Of a stretch of 64,000 nt of DNA, positions 44,402-59,400 are shown one piece after another. The stretch is from Phoronis australis (lineage: Eukaryota > Animalia > Phoronida): the NCBI GenBank assembly GCA_002633005.1, contig NMRA01000220.1, positions 449,337 through 513,336 of the forward strand. The letters are read 5' to 3'. The notes under the pieces are model-generated. The model ran no database searches. It had not been told where the DNA came from and saw nothing but the letters and a program-made list of their open reading frames with translations. Each line of letters opens with the position of its first letter. Position 1 is the first letter of the stretch. Both the position numbers and the translations under genes were made by a program.

Positions 44402-47400
44402 TCACTCCATAATAACCTCCACCGGTTTTCCATTTAACTTGTGCTCTGTTCCATGGTACAAGTCATAGTCTCTCCTCAGGAAAGCAAATAGAAGGTCACT
44501 GAGCAAGAAAATCTGAAAAGAGAAACAAAGGACAATTTAGTACTCTGTAGTTGCATGATACCAAAGATATGTTCATCGTATTTAGAGGGTAGAAGTCATA
44601 TTCATCTTATTGACCACACTCCGTACAGAGCAATCAGTCATGACTGTACAACAAGGAAGACCAACAAATACAAGACCAACGACTGCCTTATCATTGAAGG
44701 ATTCGTGTCAAAAATAACCGAACAAAAGTTTGGCTTGAACATACAACACCAAGGGATCAAAAGTGAACTTAAAGTAGACTCTTGGGGACACAAAGCAAGT
44801 CAGCTATGCTCTCCTCAATAGAAGCATTCCTCCCACCTTTCAATATGATTCTTCAAGCAGTTTAGAGAACGCAGGTATCATTGCCAAATTTCATGAATTA
44901 TGATAACAGAACAAGAAATTAAACATGAACTGCCACTGGGAGATGCCACCACTGTAAGATTTGTCCCAAAATCCCCATTGCACACTAACTTGCAAAATTT
45001 CACAAAGATCCCGTGAGGCGAATGGCGAATACAACCGTGGACGCTGGACGGTCACAACATGTGACATAATGCGGATAATAAAATAAAAAAACTGGCCTGC
45101 TATGCAGATGGCAGTACAACAGTGTAATACAGGACTCGAATTGGCAAAAATTGACTTTACATCATATATGCTCATATTTCGGCGTACGCATCTGTATAGT
45201 ATACCACAATTGATGTGTTTCTTCCGGAATAATCCTTGCTTAATCAAGGTTTTGCGTATAATTGGTACTAGTGCTTAAGTGCTTCGTAATGTTTTTTTGT
45301 CCAATCTAACCCTTTTCATCCACAAAATAAATAGCTATTTATATTTTATATTCATGACTACATGTCAAGTTCTGGTTTGCTACGTAGAAGTCAAGCCTCA
45401 CTCCTAAGCAAGTGCTTCGCATACAAGACCATGTGCTTCACTCCAGATAAAGAGCTTTCACAGCTTCAAATAGAGACACTAAGGCCTCCGTACATGCATT
45501 TCTAATACATTTGGTTCTTGCAGTAACTTTGGCTAGACAATAAATCCTGAACAATACCTGAGCTGTGCTGTAGACAAGTGTGATTGCGAAATAAAAGTTA
45601 GCATTGGCGCTACCAGCGTAGATCCAGAGGTAGTAGAGAATGGGTGCCAACACTGAGGAACAGATATACATGCATCCCACGACCAACGGGTTGCGCAGGT
45701 CTGAAATGCCAAGGACATGGTGCACTTAAGGTGTGCTGTTATGTGTAGTAGGTCATTGCTTTAAATTTAAATGCAAAATCCACTACATGAGCAACCCACA
45801 TGTTACTAAAAAAATCCATATCTCGAGCAATACTATAAACTAATTACATCTGATTCAGTTTTTGGCCATAATAGGATAAAAAACGGACAATCGTCGTACA
45901 AATGAAAAAGTTCATGTTGATTCAACCATAGTTGTAGTGTCACTGAGCACTGCGTGTTATTCGGAGAACCAACAGCATGCTGGTCATGAATGGCCAATGA
46001 CTCTTTAATGTTGAGTAATTCCTTTAAAGGTGATGACCTATTTCTGTCTTGTTGCCTCACTCATTTCCCTTCATGGATGTAACCTGACTGGTATATGGAC
46101 ACTTGACGTCTTACTATCTATAACCTGATGATGTCTATTGAACAGACAAAATGTTCAATCAATATAACCTTTTTCATCTGTGTGGCGATTGTTTGTTTCT
46201 TAATACTATAAATGCTTACAAAAACAAATTACACAAAACACGAAAATTGATGCTTGGCCAGCAACGTATTCAACTGTCATCAGGCTGAATGATATCATTT
46301 TTAGCTCATGTGATACGTGAAAAATATGACAAACAATCGAGGCCAAGTACATTGTATAGCGCAACACCAACACAGTGACTTCTCCAATTAGAGCTGCTTT
46401 TAACCTGCGTTCTGTCCAAGAAGCAAACTTCTGATTAAGAGAATTTACCGGCAGTATAAAATTGGTCTCAACTTCTTCCTTACACAGATGAGGAATGATT
46501 TCTCGGGTGGCAAAGAACAGACAATTCGCTACTCATTAAGATTACTGTTAATGCTCAAGCTGATTAAGTAACAAGCCCCAGGGGGAAGAAAGAAACTGGT
46601 CAAGGTCAGGTGACGTAATCGCCAAAAGCCGACTCAAGAGAATGCATCACAATTTTAGCAGCAGCCAATTAATGACCGCTAACTTTTCCAACACCGGTGA
46701 ATAAGTTTACTCAAGAAAGAGAGTAGTTTTAATGACACTAATTTTGAGAAAGATTTCCTTTGTCCATTTTTTTGCCCATATTGGCGCAAACCCGCATATT
46801 TAGTATACAGCTTTGGGCCAAGGATTGGGCAACCTAGTGGTGGTATGCAATGACCATACCCTTGGAAGACACGTTTTTCGAAGAGTTTGAACATCCAGGA
46901 GCCACACAAAAGGGCATGGCGAAACTTTTACAGCGCTGTGGCAAACAATAAAAAATAAAAACGGCCGATACAGTGATAAAATAAGATGTAAACTCTTCAC
47001 AATATGGCACAGCAATACGTGATAAGCAGTCGACCAGCTACGTCACTGACATATCAGCCAATCAGCGATCTCTGTCAGGATATCGTCTTTCGACAATAAC
47101 TATGAATGAGCTTTAAATTTGTTTAGCTCGCAACTTCGGCAAATGTGAGATTTATTTGCATGTTAGAACCAAATAACTGATATTCCCTTTTTAAGTGTCA
47201 CCATGGTCAAGAGCAACAGGAAAATAATTCATTAACAGGAACAAGAGTAAGAACTTTNATTAGAGCTGCTTTTAACCTGCGTTCTGTCCAAGAAGCAAAC
47301 TTCTGATTAAGAGAATTTACCGGCAGTATAAAATTGGTCTCAACTTCTTCCTTACACAGATGAGGAATGATTTCTCGGGTGGCAAAGAACAGACAATTCG

Positions 47401-50400
47401 CTACTCATTAAGATTACTGTTAATGCTCAAGCCGATTAAGTAACAAGCCCCAGGGGGGAGAAAGAAACTGGTCAAGGTCAGGTGACGTAATCGCCACAAG
47501 CCGACTCAAGAGAATGCATCACAATTTTAGCAGCAGCCAATTAATGACCGCTAACTTTTCCAACACTGGTGAATAAGTTAGTTTACTCAAGAAAGAGAGT
47601 AGTTTTAATGACACTAATTTTGAGAAAGATTTCCTTTGTCCATTTTTTTGCCCATATTGGCACAAACCCGCATATTTAGTATACAGCTTTGGGCCAAGGA
47701 TTGGGCAACCTGGTGATGGTATGCATTGACCATCCCCTTGGAAGACACGTTTTTCGAAGAGTTTGAACATCCAGGAGCCATACAAAAAGGCATGGCGAAC
47801 CTTTTACAGCGCTGTGGCAAACAATAAAAAATACAAACGGCCGATACAGTGATAAAATACGATGTAAACTCTTCACAATATGGCACAGCAATACGTGATA
47901 AGCAGTCAACCAGCTACGTCACTGACATATCAGCCAATCAGCGATCTCTGTCAGGATATCGTCTTTCGACAATAACTATGAATGAGCTTTAAATTTGTTT
48001 AGCTCGCAACTTCGGCAAATGTGAGATTTATTTGCATGTTAGAACCAAATAACTGATATTCCCCTTTTAAGTGTCACCATGGTCAAGAGCAACAGGAAAA
48101 TAATTCATTAACAGGAACAAGAGTAAGAACTTTCATGACAAGCAAGACTGAATTCTGGTTGAAGTAATCGGCAGGACTCAATATGCTTCAAAGTCATTGT
48201 TCGAACATATTAATTTAGGATCAGAATATTGAGACGTGTAAAATAAACCGTAGCGTAGAGATACAGGTGAATGAGAGTGATAACTTACAATTGTTAGCAA
48301 AGGTCCAACAAGGTAGTAGAGAGAGGTATAACGCTGAATCTGCGTAAGACGGGTATGACTTGAATATCGCCATCAACATGATAAGTGCATACATCATAAA
48401 GATGGGGTGGTTCCTGAAACATTCCAGAACAACACAAGTCTGGTCTGCACGCCACCTGTTGGCCACATCATGTGACCTAATGAACAATAGTCTGAAAAGA
48501 TTTCTGCCCTGATCGGGACTCGAACCCGGGACCTTTTGCTAACCGTGCAGGTCCCGAGTTTGAGTCTTGGTTGGGGCAGAAATCTTTTCAGACTATTGTT
48601 CAAGACTTAAAAATTTGTGATCTATATTTCCATGCCAGTTCAAGATTTGAATAAATTATATTCCAGTACAACAGGAAACAATGCATACAAGTGAAAAAAG
48701 TTTTCTAAATTTTAAGCATTGAGAACAATTTCTAACTTAGCAGAGCCCAGACTCTCCCTTTGCAAGGATTAAAAATGTGCATCTTTAAATTAAGATAAAA
48801 CTTGTAAGACAGCGTTGACTCGCCTCATTTCAGATTTCAAATCAATTTTTCCTGACAACCCCAAACTCACAATATAAAAAGCAATAGTTGTGGGGCCTAA
48901 ATATGCAGTCATGAAACCATGACAGTGTGTGGAAGAAATTCAAACACAAACTCAAATTCCATAGTTCAATTAGTTGCATAATATTCAAAGGTACTTACCT
49001 TAATTTTATTGCCAGCGGAACTGTATAGATGAATACATTGATTTGGAAAACAAAGATGAAGAAAAGACGGAAATGGTCGAACATTTCTGTGAAGAAGTAC
49101 CAAAACACTCCAACATTGGGGGTAAGATCTGGCACATGGATTCTGCAAACACACGTGGTAAGTCAGTTAGAAGAAATCAGTAGTAGACACGACGAAATGG
49201 CAGCAATTAAAAGGAGATTTCTTACTTTTGAAAAGCAGTCTAATACATAGCGCAGAAGGTAGCAGTCAAGGATAATAAATACACCATAATGCAACTAGCA
49301 TACAGAATTACTATTCAACAAATGATAATTTTATTGCACATGTTTTATTGATGGTGGTACGCAAACATCACGAGTTATCACGAGTTTCCTTAAAGCAACA
49401 TTAAACCAAGACAAAGGTACCAGATACCACACAAATATCTGTTTTCAAAGGAAATCATGAGCACCAGTTTCATCAAAACCAAGGAGTGAATCAGCTGTGC
49501 ATGAGAAAACTCCTACGCTAAAATTTGGGGTTTTGTTAACCCAACACCAAAGTGAGCCTAAGCCAGACTTTGACTAACTCATCGTAATCAATTCACAAAT
49601 TAATACTTGTGGCCTAACCGAAATGCTGAAGTAAACCTATTCATTATTTTCTCTTATAATGCACCGATTTTAAAAATTCAAAGACAGCTACTATTTAATT
49701 CTCAATTTCAAAAACAGTCATATTTGCCATGCTTGTTGTTCATTTTTGACTTTGAAACTCATACGCTAAACAGGCGTATTGGTTTACGACCACAGCTATC
49801 TCATCCAACGCATTCAACCAAGCCCATGAATATCGACTAGCTCACTTCAATCCGTGATGGCACCAACAAGCCTGTGATGTGCCAAGGAATTTGCTTGATA
49901 CTCTGGGTAAACAATGCACACACATTCTCATCCACTAGTGTATAAATCCTGTTAGCGTAAGATTTGCCTAATGGAGGGAACAAAATATTTTTCGGTGTTG
50001 ACCAAGGTCCAGGAGATAATGCAAATAGATTTGATTTTTTGTTTTAGTTTGACATGAGCAAACTAATTTTGAGTTTTAAGGATTACTGAGTGTATCTTAC
50101 AGTACAAATCACAAATATTTTGTCAAAAAGGGAGCAATGAGGCAGTGCCCAGAAGTCTAAAAAATGGCAGCCAGCGACCATCTTCCCAGTGAATCCAATC
50201 ATACATCAGCCATCCCAACTCCCTCAGTCATACCCTAGAAGTCCAAGGACTGTCGATGAGCTGCACTCTATTTTCAAAACCTTCACTTCCAACCAAAAAC
50301 GTGACAATATTTCTTCTCATCCAAAATCGGAGAAACTTCGAAGGAAAAATTTTCGACTCATCTTCAAATTCTAGACGCATTATTTCATATTCTGTTATTC

Positions 50401-53400
50401 CTCTGGGTTTTCATCGAAATTTTGACAAAGCAAGAAGAATTTCACCAAATCCATCAATTCCATTGAAAACTTAAACTGCACTTACACAAAACCATAGGTA
50501 GAGTGCAGAAAGTCCCAAGAGAGTCGCTCTACCCAGTGGGAGAAGTAGAGAAATGCTGAGAGCCACAAGCAGAACACAACAGCCGTCTTCAGGTACGACG
50601 CTAGGGCACCTCGACTCAGATGTTGGAACTCCTTGGGATGCTCATCCTACAAATGGTGATTTCACACTTCAATACTAGAGAGCACTATTCACAGTGTAGA
50701 CCAGAATTAGGAATACAAGCCAAGATTATACCTACAATTATGCAAAGCTGTCTGAATACACCTTGCACAGTTTCTGTGGCCATAGTGTTTTGAATATTGT
50801 GTCAGGGCTGTCCTTAATGCGCAGAGTTGCAATACTGATACCAGGAAATTGATGAAATTGAGAAGACATAGTCAATAATCTAGGACGCATAATGCGGCAT
50901 TCTTCGCTTGCTCATCTCAACTCGAAAGTGGCTGAAACTTTGAAAATGCAAGTTTCCTATTCCACAAAATTTGAGGAGAATTGACTTTTGCACAGGTCTA
51001 TTAACTGATCAAGACTTTTGGTGACATTAAGACGATGCAGACAAACACGACAGAAAAGGACATGACATTCAGTAGTTAATTGGCAGCATATTGAATGGGA
51101 AGCTGTCTCATCCAAACTATTTCTTTTAAACCAATATTGGTCTCATACAACTGCTGCAGAAAAATGTAGAATACTTCTACAATTGTCTTGCTATTCAACT
51201 TTGTGATAACACTGTGAGAGACATACCTGAGCTATGTACATGGCCGCTGGCACCAGAAGCATTATGGGATACAACGATTGATACGAGGCCAGGGCAATGA
51301 AAAGCGTGGCACCGTTACGGAATCCTAAAATACAGTAAAGATGAAAAACAAATGAAAGCAGGTTAAAGTACACAATGTCATTTTGCTTATTTATCAGACA
51401 GTGTATATTATTCATAGTTTAAGAAACGTGAACCATTGGCGAACCCAAGAATGGCTACCCAATTTGTGCCAGCTAAACACGGGTCTGAGTAATCACTGTA
51501 ACACTGCACTAAATATGGGCAAATTATCTTGTTAGTAGCACTGAATCAACCTGTTGAAGCAATCAATGAACTCCTTCGTATCATTGTGTGAATGCTACCT
51601 CGCCATACTATGAACAACAAAGATCTCCACTCCAAAACATGAACCAGAACACTCATGGTCACCAAAGACGGCGCCACACGGGGCTTTAAATCACAAGGAA
51701 GGCATAAACCAGACAATCTCCATTCAAAAGAGTATCACTCATGGGAAAACAGCACCAAAAGAAAATCCTGGTCACTGCTAGCAGTTGATATAACAGGCAT
51801 ACCTTTAAGTGTGAACAGCATGGCCGCTGCCAGCAGAAAGTTGTTGAACACACCAGTGGACTTGGCAATACAGGTAGCTACAGTGTAAGGGTTGAAGAGA
51901 TAACTGGAACAAATCAGTGTGAAATAACATTAGTATGCAAGCTCGTTACGCAGCGGGGTTTTTTCGTTGTTAAAATCATTCTGTAAAAGGCCTTCAACAT
52001 AGGACACTGAAATTGTTGCAAAACGTTGTCTTCAGGATGTCAAGTCACAAGCACATTTCTAACAATACCAGACCCTAAGGTAGACTGAAACCATGATGAA
52101 GCATAATTGAAATCTGTATAAAGACTAGTACCATTTCACTGTTTAGGATTTATCAGATTCACTCATGTCACATTGAGAGAAATGGTCAACGGGTGTTGCC
52201 TGGACCAGTGTTAAGTATCCTTGAAAAATTACAATAACTGAATAGGCTGCTGAAAATTAGGCCAATGGTCACAAATCATGTTTTTCTTTAATAGTGGTAA
52301 GAACAAGTGTTTGTCTTTTGTTTGGCAGTCATGTGATTATGGTTGACTATGTGAAAAATTAGTTGACAACAACTGCGGGAGGTGTTAAGATTACCTAGCA
52401 ACTTAGACAACGCCCAATTTTGGCAAAATTCAGAACATCGTATTGCAGAAATGGCTGATTGGATTCATATGAAATTTTCATAAACTATGCTTTATACAGT
52501 GTTCTTCACAACACTGCTAGAAATTGTATTTAAAATGTTACCATTTTGCAGGAAGGCTATCACAAAATAAGAATCATAATTTTTATGTAAAAAATTCAAG
52601 TTGCATAAAAAGTAAAAGAAACAACAAAACAGATCTGTGTTTTTGAGACTTTTATCTTCAATATTTATATCCTACCAAATTTGGTCACATATTGATATCG
52701 TTGTTTTGCTATCAATGAACCTGTTCTTTTTGCTAAATTTTCCTAAAAACAAGGTCAAATAGCCTAATTCGTGGCAGGTTGCATGTGAAAAATCAAATTC
52801 TACCAAATTTCAACTTTCAGAATATCATACACTTTGCTAACTAAAGCTAAATTCTGTAGTTTTATAGATATTTGGTTAAATGTAAATGTGACTTTAAGAA
52901 CGAGCAGAAAATCTCTACTTATGGTATCAACAAGAAAATCCATTGATCTCAAATATATCACGTGCACGTGTGTATGTGTGCGAGTGTATTCTTTCATAAT
53001 AACGCTGAACACATTTAAAGCAATTATAGAATTTGAAAAAACACACCCAGCCCATTGGGTTATTGAGTCACTGACTGAAATTTCATGAGAGTACTATATA
53101 AACACCTCTTACCTTTGAATTAAAAATTCAGCTGAAATTGCTAAAAATGGCTCAATCTGTAAAAGGTAGCGCGACGTGCTGTAATTGTGCCTACCATATT
53201 TTTGCAGCAACTTTCTGCATTTTTGAGATATTTTCCATAGTTCCACGGGCAAAAACAACAATTTTGTTCAAATATCCGAGTAAACACTCATGCTCTTATG
53301 AGTTCCATCAATCAATTTTCCAAAAACTATCACTCTTTGGTTACTGCCCACCTTTGTTTTGCTTCTCAGATTATTTTTAAAACAGAGCTAGCATGCTTAC

Positions 53401-56400
53401 AAATGAAGAACTTTGAGTTAAAGTAGCGTTTGAGCCTGTGGCATAGCATTATATAGGCGGATTCTACAGCCACACTGAAGACACTTAAACCAAGACCAAA
53501 CTAAGCAACACTTTAATTCTGAGCCATGACAAATTTATTATTCGAAATAATCCTTCTCCTGTCATACCTTTGAGAACCACTCCTGGCTTTCTTACTCCAT
53601 ATTAGTTTGCAATTTAAGTGGGCAAGAAGGTGGGACTCTTTAAGAAATAATATTTGAAAGCAGGAACTTACAAAAGAGCAACCCATATTTTTTGCTGTTG
53701 AAGATCTTCCAAGGAAAGACCAATCTTTTCCAAGACACCATCAGCAAAGTGCAGTTTTAATTTCTTTTGTTGAAGATACTGTAATTAAAAGACTACATAA
53801 TTTGAAATAACAGCTATAGAAGCCAAATTCAATTCTACTTCAGAAACACCTTTTAAATTATTTACCTTAAAAGTTACTAATAGACATCGACACAACTGTA
53901 TACATTCGAGTTGATGTGACTTTAAAAACACCCGATAAAAAGTGAATATTAAGCTAACATTCAAGTTAATTTGTAGCAAAAGCTATGATCTACATCCAAA
54001 GTCAATTCCAATCAGAAGAAATAACTTAAGACTTATGTCCGAAATTACATGTAGCTCCGCCGTTTTGTACAATGGGTTCAATCATGAGGCCTCCATATGA
54101 CTGATGCAGTGTAAAAGACATCAGACCATCTGCACTCTTTTTTAAGACAGAAATTTGTTATTACACTCCCACATCACAGTTGGTGAATAAAGGCCAAGCC
54201 ATTTAATCATGAGCGCATCACAGTTGGTGAATAAAGGCCAAGCCATGTAATCATGAGCGCATCACAGTTTAGAAATAATTTAGAAATTCAATATTTAGCA
54301 TTTGTGTGTGTATTCTCAGACTCTTGGCTTTTCTGCCAAATGAGATTTAATCATTTTTTTATTAGAAATAGTCCTGTGGAGCATAAGATCAAATACTGAC
54401 TTAAGTCTAAAATCACTCTTCATGAAACAGATTTCTCTTCCAATAAGAATGAACCAAATAAATACACACTTATCCAAAGCTATGCTCAAAAGCAGTCAAT
54501 GAGATGGCTAGGTATACAGTATACATATGATTGCGTAAAACCAAGAAACACTAAACAGCTGCAATAATTTATAAAAGCATTACGTTTCCAGACAAAAAGG
54601 TTTTTAAAGAGAGTTGCGAGAATGAAAACATTTTCTTGTTCTTAATTTGCAAAAAAAATAAATATTGGCAAGAAAGTAAGATCTGATCTACATTTCAAAC
54701 CTCAAGATCCAGTTTTACATCACTCAGACAGTAACAAGGTCTAGTCATCCGGTCAGGGAGTTTATTAAAATTTAGTCATTCTTTGTCGATCCTTGATGAC
54801 AATTAGGGAACTTAATCCAACTCTAGTCAATCGTACCAGATGCCATGCTATATCCAGGGACACTTGCACCAGAATGTATGCAGTTATCACGTCTATAACC
54901 TGCAAAATATACTAGAATGTTAAAGAGATAAGAATCTTTAACCAGTGACTAGTCATGTGGAACACAAGATTTCCGAGGCCATGCCCGTGTATAGTGAGAA
55001 CCAGTTTGATGCCCGTTATTCAGTGGAGAAAACTGGTTCTCAAAATGAGGGCATGTTATATCCGACCATGACCAATTTCCGACAGCAATCTAAAAACCCC
55101 TCAGAGGTGTACAATGCAGGGAAAATTTGTTTCAAATGTCCCACAGTCAAAGCAATGTCTTTGACTCTTACAGGGAGGTACTTTGAAGCTACAATGACCC
55201 TGCAATCTGTCAATTAAATAAATTTTGGTCCCACATCGTTTACTACGTTAATAAGAAGTGAGTTGTGGGCTTGGTAGATACTGACAGTTCATTAATTCAA
55301 GAGCAGGCATCTTTAATCTTTCTTTTTCTTTTTTGCAACTGCCAATTCATTTTCCCAAAACAATAGAACAGAGGATTTCCAGTTTAAATTTTAAGTTCAT
55401 ATGCATGGCAGACCTGAACCGTTCCTGTGAAATTGTGTGTCACGAGTATGATCAGTGAGAACTTGGCATTTGTAATCTCATGAACACGCTCAAGTCATTT
55501 CAGCGATTGTTTGATGACACAGTGTGGTCATATGCTGTGTTGCCACATCTAGCGCACAAATGTAACGTTTCACATTCCAACTGACCAATTAAGAGAAAAC
55601 CAGCAGCACTCATAGAACTGAACACAATGAAAAATGACTCTACTGAGACCAGAACTATTCTTGGTGTGTCATAAAAAATAACCAGTGACGGTGATAAATC
55701 TGCAACGGCTAAAACCATGATATTCCCACAAAGTGATCTCATGTATTACAGTAAAAATTCTCCAGTTTGAAAATTACTGTCCCTACAATTTTGGATCGAA
55801 TTTGAAATGGAAATTTATTTTCTTGATTCTAAAGATTTTGACATGTGCGATTTTGGTGTTCATCATACAACCCAATACTGGACACGGGGTTTTGTATCAA
55901 CAGAGTCTAAAAAAGACTTTAGTTAGCATTTCATAAAATTATAGAAAATTTCCGCCAGCGCAATGTTTTCATGTGTCCCCATAGAGTGTTACATTAAGGT
56001 GAAATTAGATCGTATTTCGTCGACAGCAATTTTTCAATTTCAGAAGGTCAATATTGCCTTGGTACAAGCTCTGACACTGAGCAAAGTAACTCATTTAACT
56101 TTTCATCGTCCCACTCTGGAAAATTTATACTTTAAGACAGGCCTTCATGCAGCGGAGGTCCTGGGCCTCCAAGTCCAAATGGATGCCCTAACACTAATCT
56201 GGATGCCCTGGCAAGGACGCCCAATGTATCATTTGGACACTCGCTGTCAATCAGAATTTTACCAGTTTGGTCACCTACATTGTAAGATTACTAGGACTCC
56301 TAGTTAATGAAAAATGGGTTATAGTTCAAGAGAGAATTGTTGGCCCTTTCAACTCAGACAGAAATATACAACTATATATAAAAATGTTGCATTGTTTAGG

Positions 56401-59400
56401 TTCAAAGTATTGAGAAGACATGTCAATCATTAGCAGTGTTTGGTTGCCACAGTGTATACCACTGCAGTCTCTGCAATCAGTGGTCTTATCTCTGATTGTA
56501 ATTCAGTGCTTTATACATGGACAACGACCTTAGTTAACTCCAAACTGGTGTTTCAGAGCTGGAGTTTAATGTTTTTCATCTTTTTAAAACATCAAAAACG
56601 AAATAAATGTCATTATTTTAATAATATATTGTGCCATATGAAGATTCCCATTTAAAATTTTTGAGTTTGAGCCTGTTTCTTGCTTTTCTATGAGCGTTTT
56701 AATATAGAGCAGCAGTGGCACCTGATACCAAAATATAAACCACACATCACCTGTTCATTTTTCTTGCCTTGGTAACTGCAGCTCTGATGACTCATTGTAC
56801 AGAATATAAAGCTACTTAAGATGATATGATAAACTTTATAACAGCAATTTGAGATGACCAAAATCAGGGCACTCGTCGTTCAACCAATATCTGTAATATC
56901 TGTAATATATGTTTGGTAAGCTATTTGGCTGTTTTCGAATATTAGACATAAAAGTCTTGATCCAGTTTTTTTAGTAACAAAGCTTACTACAAGGGAGCTG
57001 TTTTTGTAAACTTAGATGTAAAAGCCTTGTTCTATACATTTTTTGTATAATAACCCACTATGTATGAGGGGGGGAGGGGAGTTTACTGGTGAATGGTGGN
57101 GGGGGGGGGGGTAACGCGTCGTTGGAATCATGCATGCCCTGAAATATTGGGAACCCCATTTTGGACACCCTGGATAAAGCCCTGCTTTAAGATATGTATT
57201 TGCATATGTACACAGATGATCATTAAACTTGCCATAATCATCTCCACAAATCGAACTCAATGACAATACTCACAGCAAATGAAATGTACAGGCGGCTACC
57301 AAATTTATTGCTCATCCAATTGAGTAGTCTCAATAGCAAAGGAGTCTGAAAATATACAACCATTGAAATCACAACTCTTTTTGAAGACCACCAATAAAAG
57401 GGAAAAACAAGAACACCAATGCAGGCAAATATTTCAATTTAACTTGAAATCAAGCGTCAGTAGGAGCATGCATAATGTTTATAAGTAAGAATTTTCTGCA
57501 TAATTATTTGCATTGGAACCCCAATGATGTCTCTTAGTTCATGTCATAAGGCAAACAAATGTACATTTGAATGAATGCTGGTGACAACAAACAGACTTAG
57601 TGAATGAAGGCAAACACATTTGCCCTGCAATATCCCCTGGATTAGAGAAGCATCAAAAGTACTTGGTAAAAAGTCTTTAAATCATTCACATACCTCGTGG
57701 AAAACATCACCTGAATATGGTGAAATTCCTCTATTTAAAAGAGACAGGCCTTCTACAACTGCAAAAGAAATGATAAACAAAAAGTGACGTACACTCTGGC
57801 ATGAAATTAAGTCGCAGGCAAAAAAGACTTCATGTTTCGACTCAATACCTGCAGGGGGCATAATTCCTACATGTGTACTACAAAAGTCAAGTAACAAAAC
57901 TTATGTATAACACTTAATATGTACCTCAACTACAGCCAAACAGTCACACTCTTGAAGACAAATGACTCATCAGTTACATAATCAATAGTTAGTGTTCAGA
58001 GCAGGCAAACAATACAAGAGGGTTACAGACACAACCATGTCAAAAAGTCTAACGCAGTCCTATGACTTTGAAAGACCTGAGCCTTACAGCAACAACGCTC
58101 AGTTTGGCGACCTGCAGGTTGCCAATGCAACCTCAGAGTTTGTTTGGCAACCTAGTAAAAATTCCAAGTAGCTAAAAAATCACCATAACATATTCTGGTA
58201 TGCACTCAAAAGGGAAGTAAACGAAAGTCAGAATCATTTGGTAAAAATCGAAACGCCCTGATTGTGTTTGCCTGCATCATGTGAGCACCATACATTTGAA
58301 GTTACAGTTTAAGTTTCATTCATTTCCATGGCACTTTAAACATGTGTCCCAGACAGTCACGACAGATATTAACAGTAATTCAACTGCCCAAGAAAAATTA
58401 CCAACACGGAAATTACTTGCCAAACAGTACACCAACTACTTTGCCTGCTATTTTAAACTACCACAAAGATGTACGTTGATATTACTTGGTAAAGGCTGTA
58501 TTTTTTTTTCAAAGTAGAAAATTCAAATTCTCTGCTTACGTCCATCACACCCCTTTAAAAGCAATTTTCTCAGTTACATTGAAAGATAGGGGTAAGTTGA
58601 TATGCTTTGAAAGCTATAAGTGAGACCTATCCATTGATGTATTAATTATTTTCCTAGGATGAGCATTTTTTTCATAATTGACCAAAATGGTCTCTGATTG
58701 TATGTCCGTCACAATGCCCAGCAGTTTTTGCAATCGATGGTTTTCATAGAAATTTGACAACATGTGGAATGTGCAACCTTCACAACAGTTTTAAAAACAT
58801 CATGGATTATAAAATGATCATACTCTGTTCTGTTCACGTTTCCTGTACAACAATTAGCAACCCAAAATAAAGAAATTTGTCGATTAAAAGGACCACCTTC
58901 AAAATGGAGACTTCGACATCTGTTTCTGCTTCTGTCAGATTAAGAGGGTTGGTCTCGTTTCTAAATCAACCGATGGCATTCGAGTACAAACTAGGTCAAT
59001 GACATATTTTCACAAATCACGCTAAGATCAAGTTATGGCAGTATATACTCACTTACTCAGCGACTAGATGGCATCAACAGCAAGGCATGTGTCAGAATAA
59101 ATATTGATTAAGTAACTAGTAAGAATAGAACCAGTTTAAGTTGCCCAAAATTTGTGCATGTACTTTTAAATCATGGGGTCAAATGTGTTGACATGTATTT
59201 TAAAGTCAAAATCTATTTTAGATGGTATTTACAACTTTGGTTATGGGGTCAAAGCACTCTAGAGATTCTAGAAATTTCTCAGAGCAAATCGTAACAGCCA
59301 ATGATATGATTAGATAAGATCATGTGATTTTTATTAGCCAAACAATAAATAAGTAGAATATTATAATATGGGCTAAAATTAAGAAGATATTCAGATGAGC

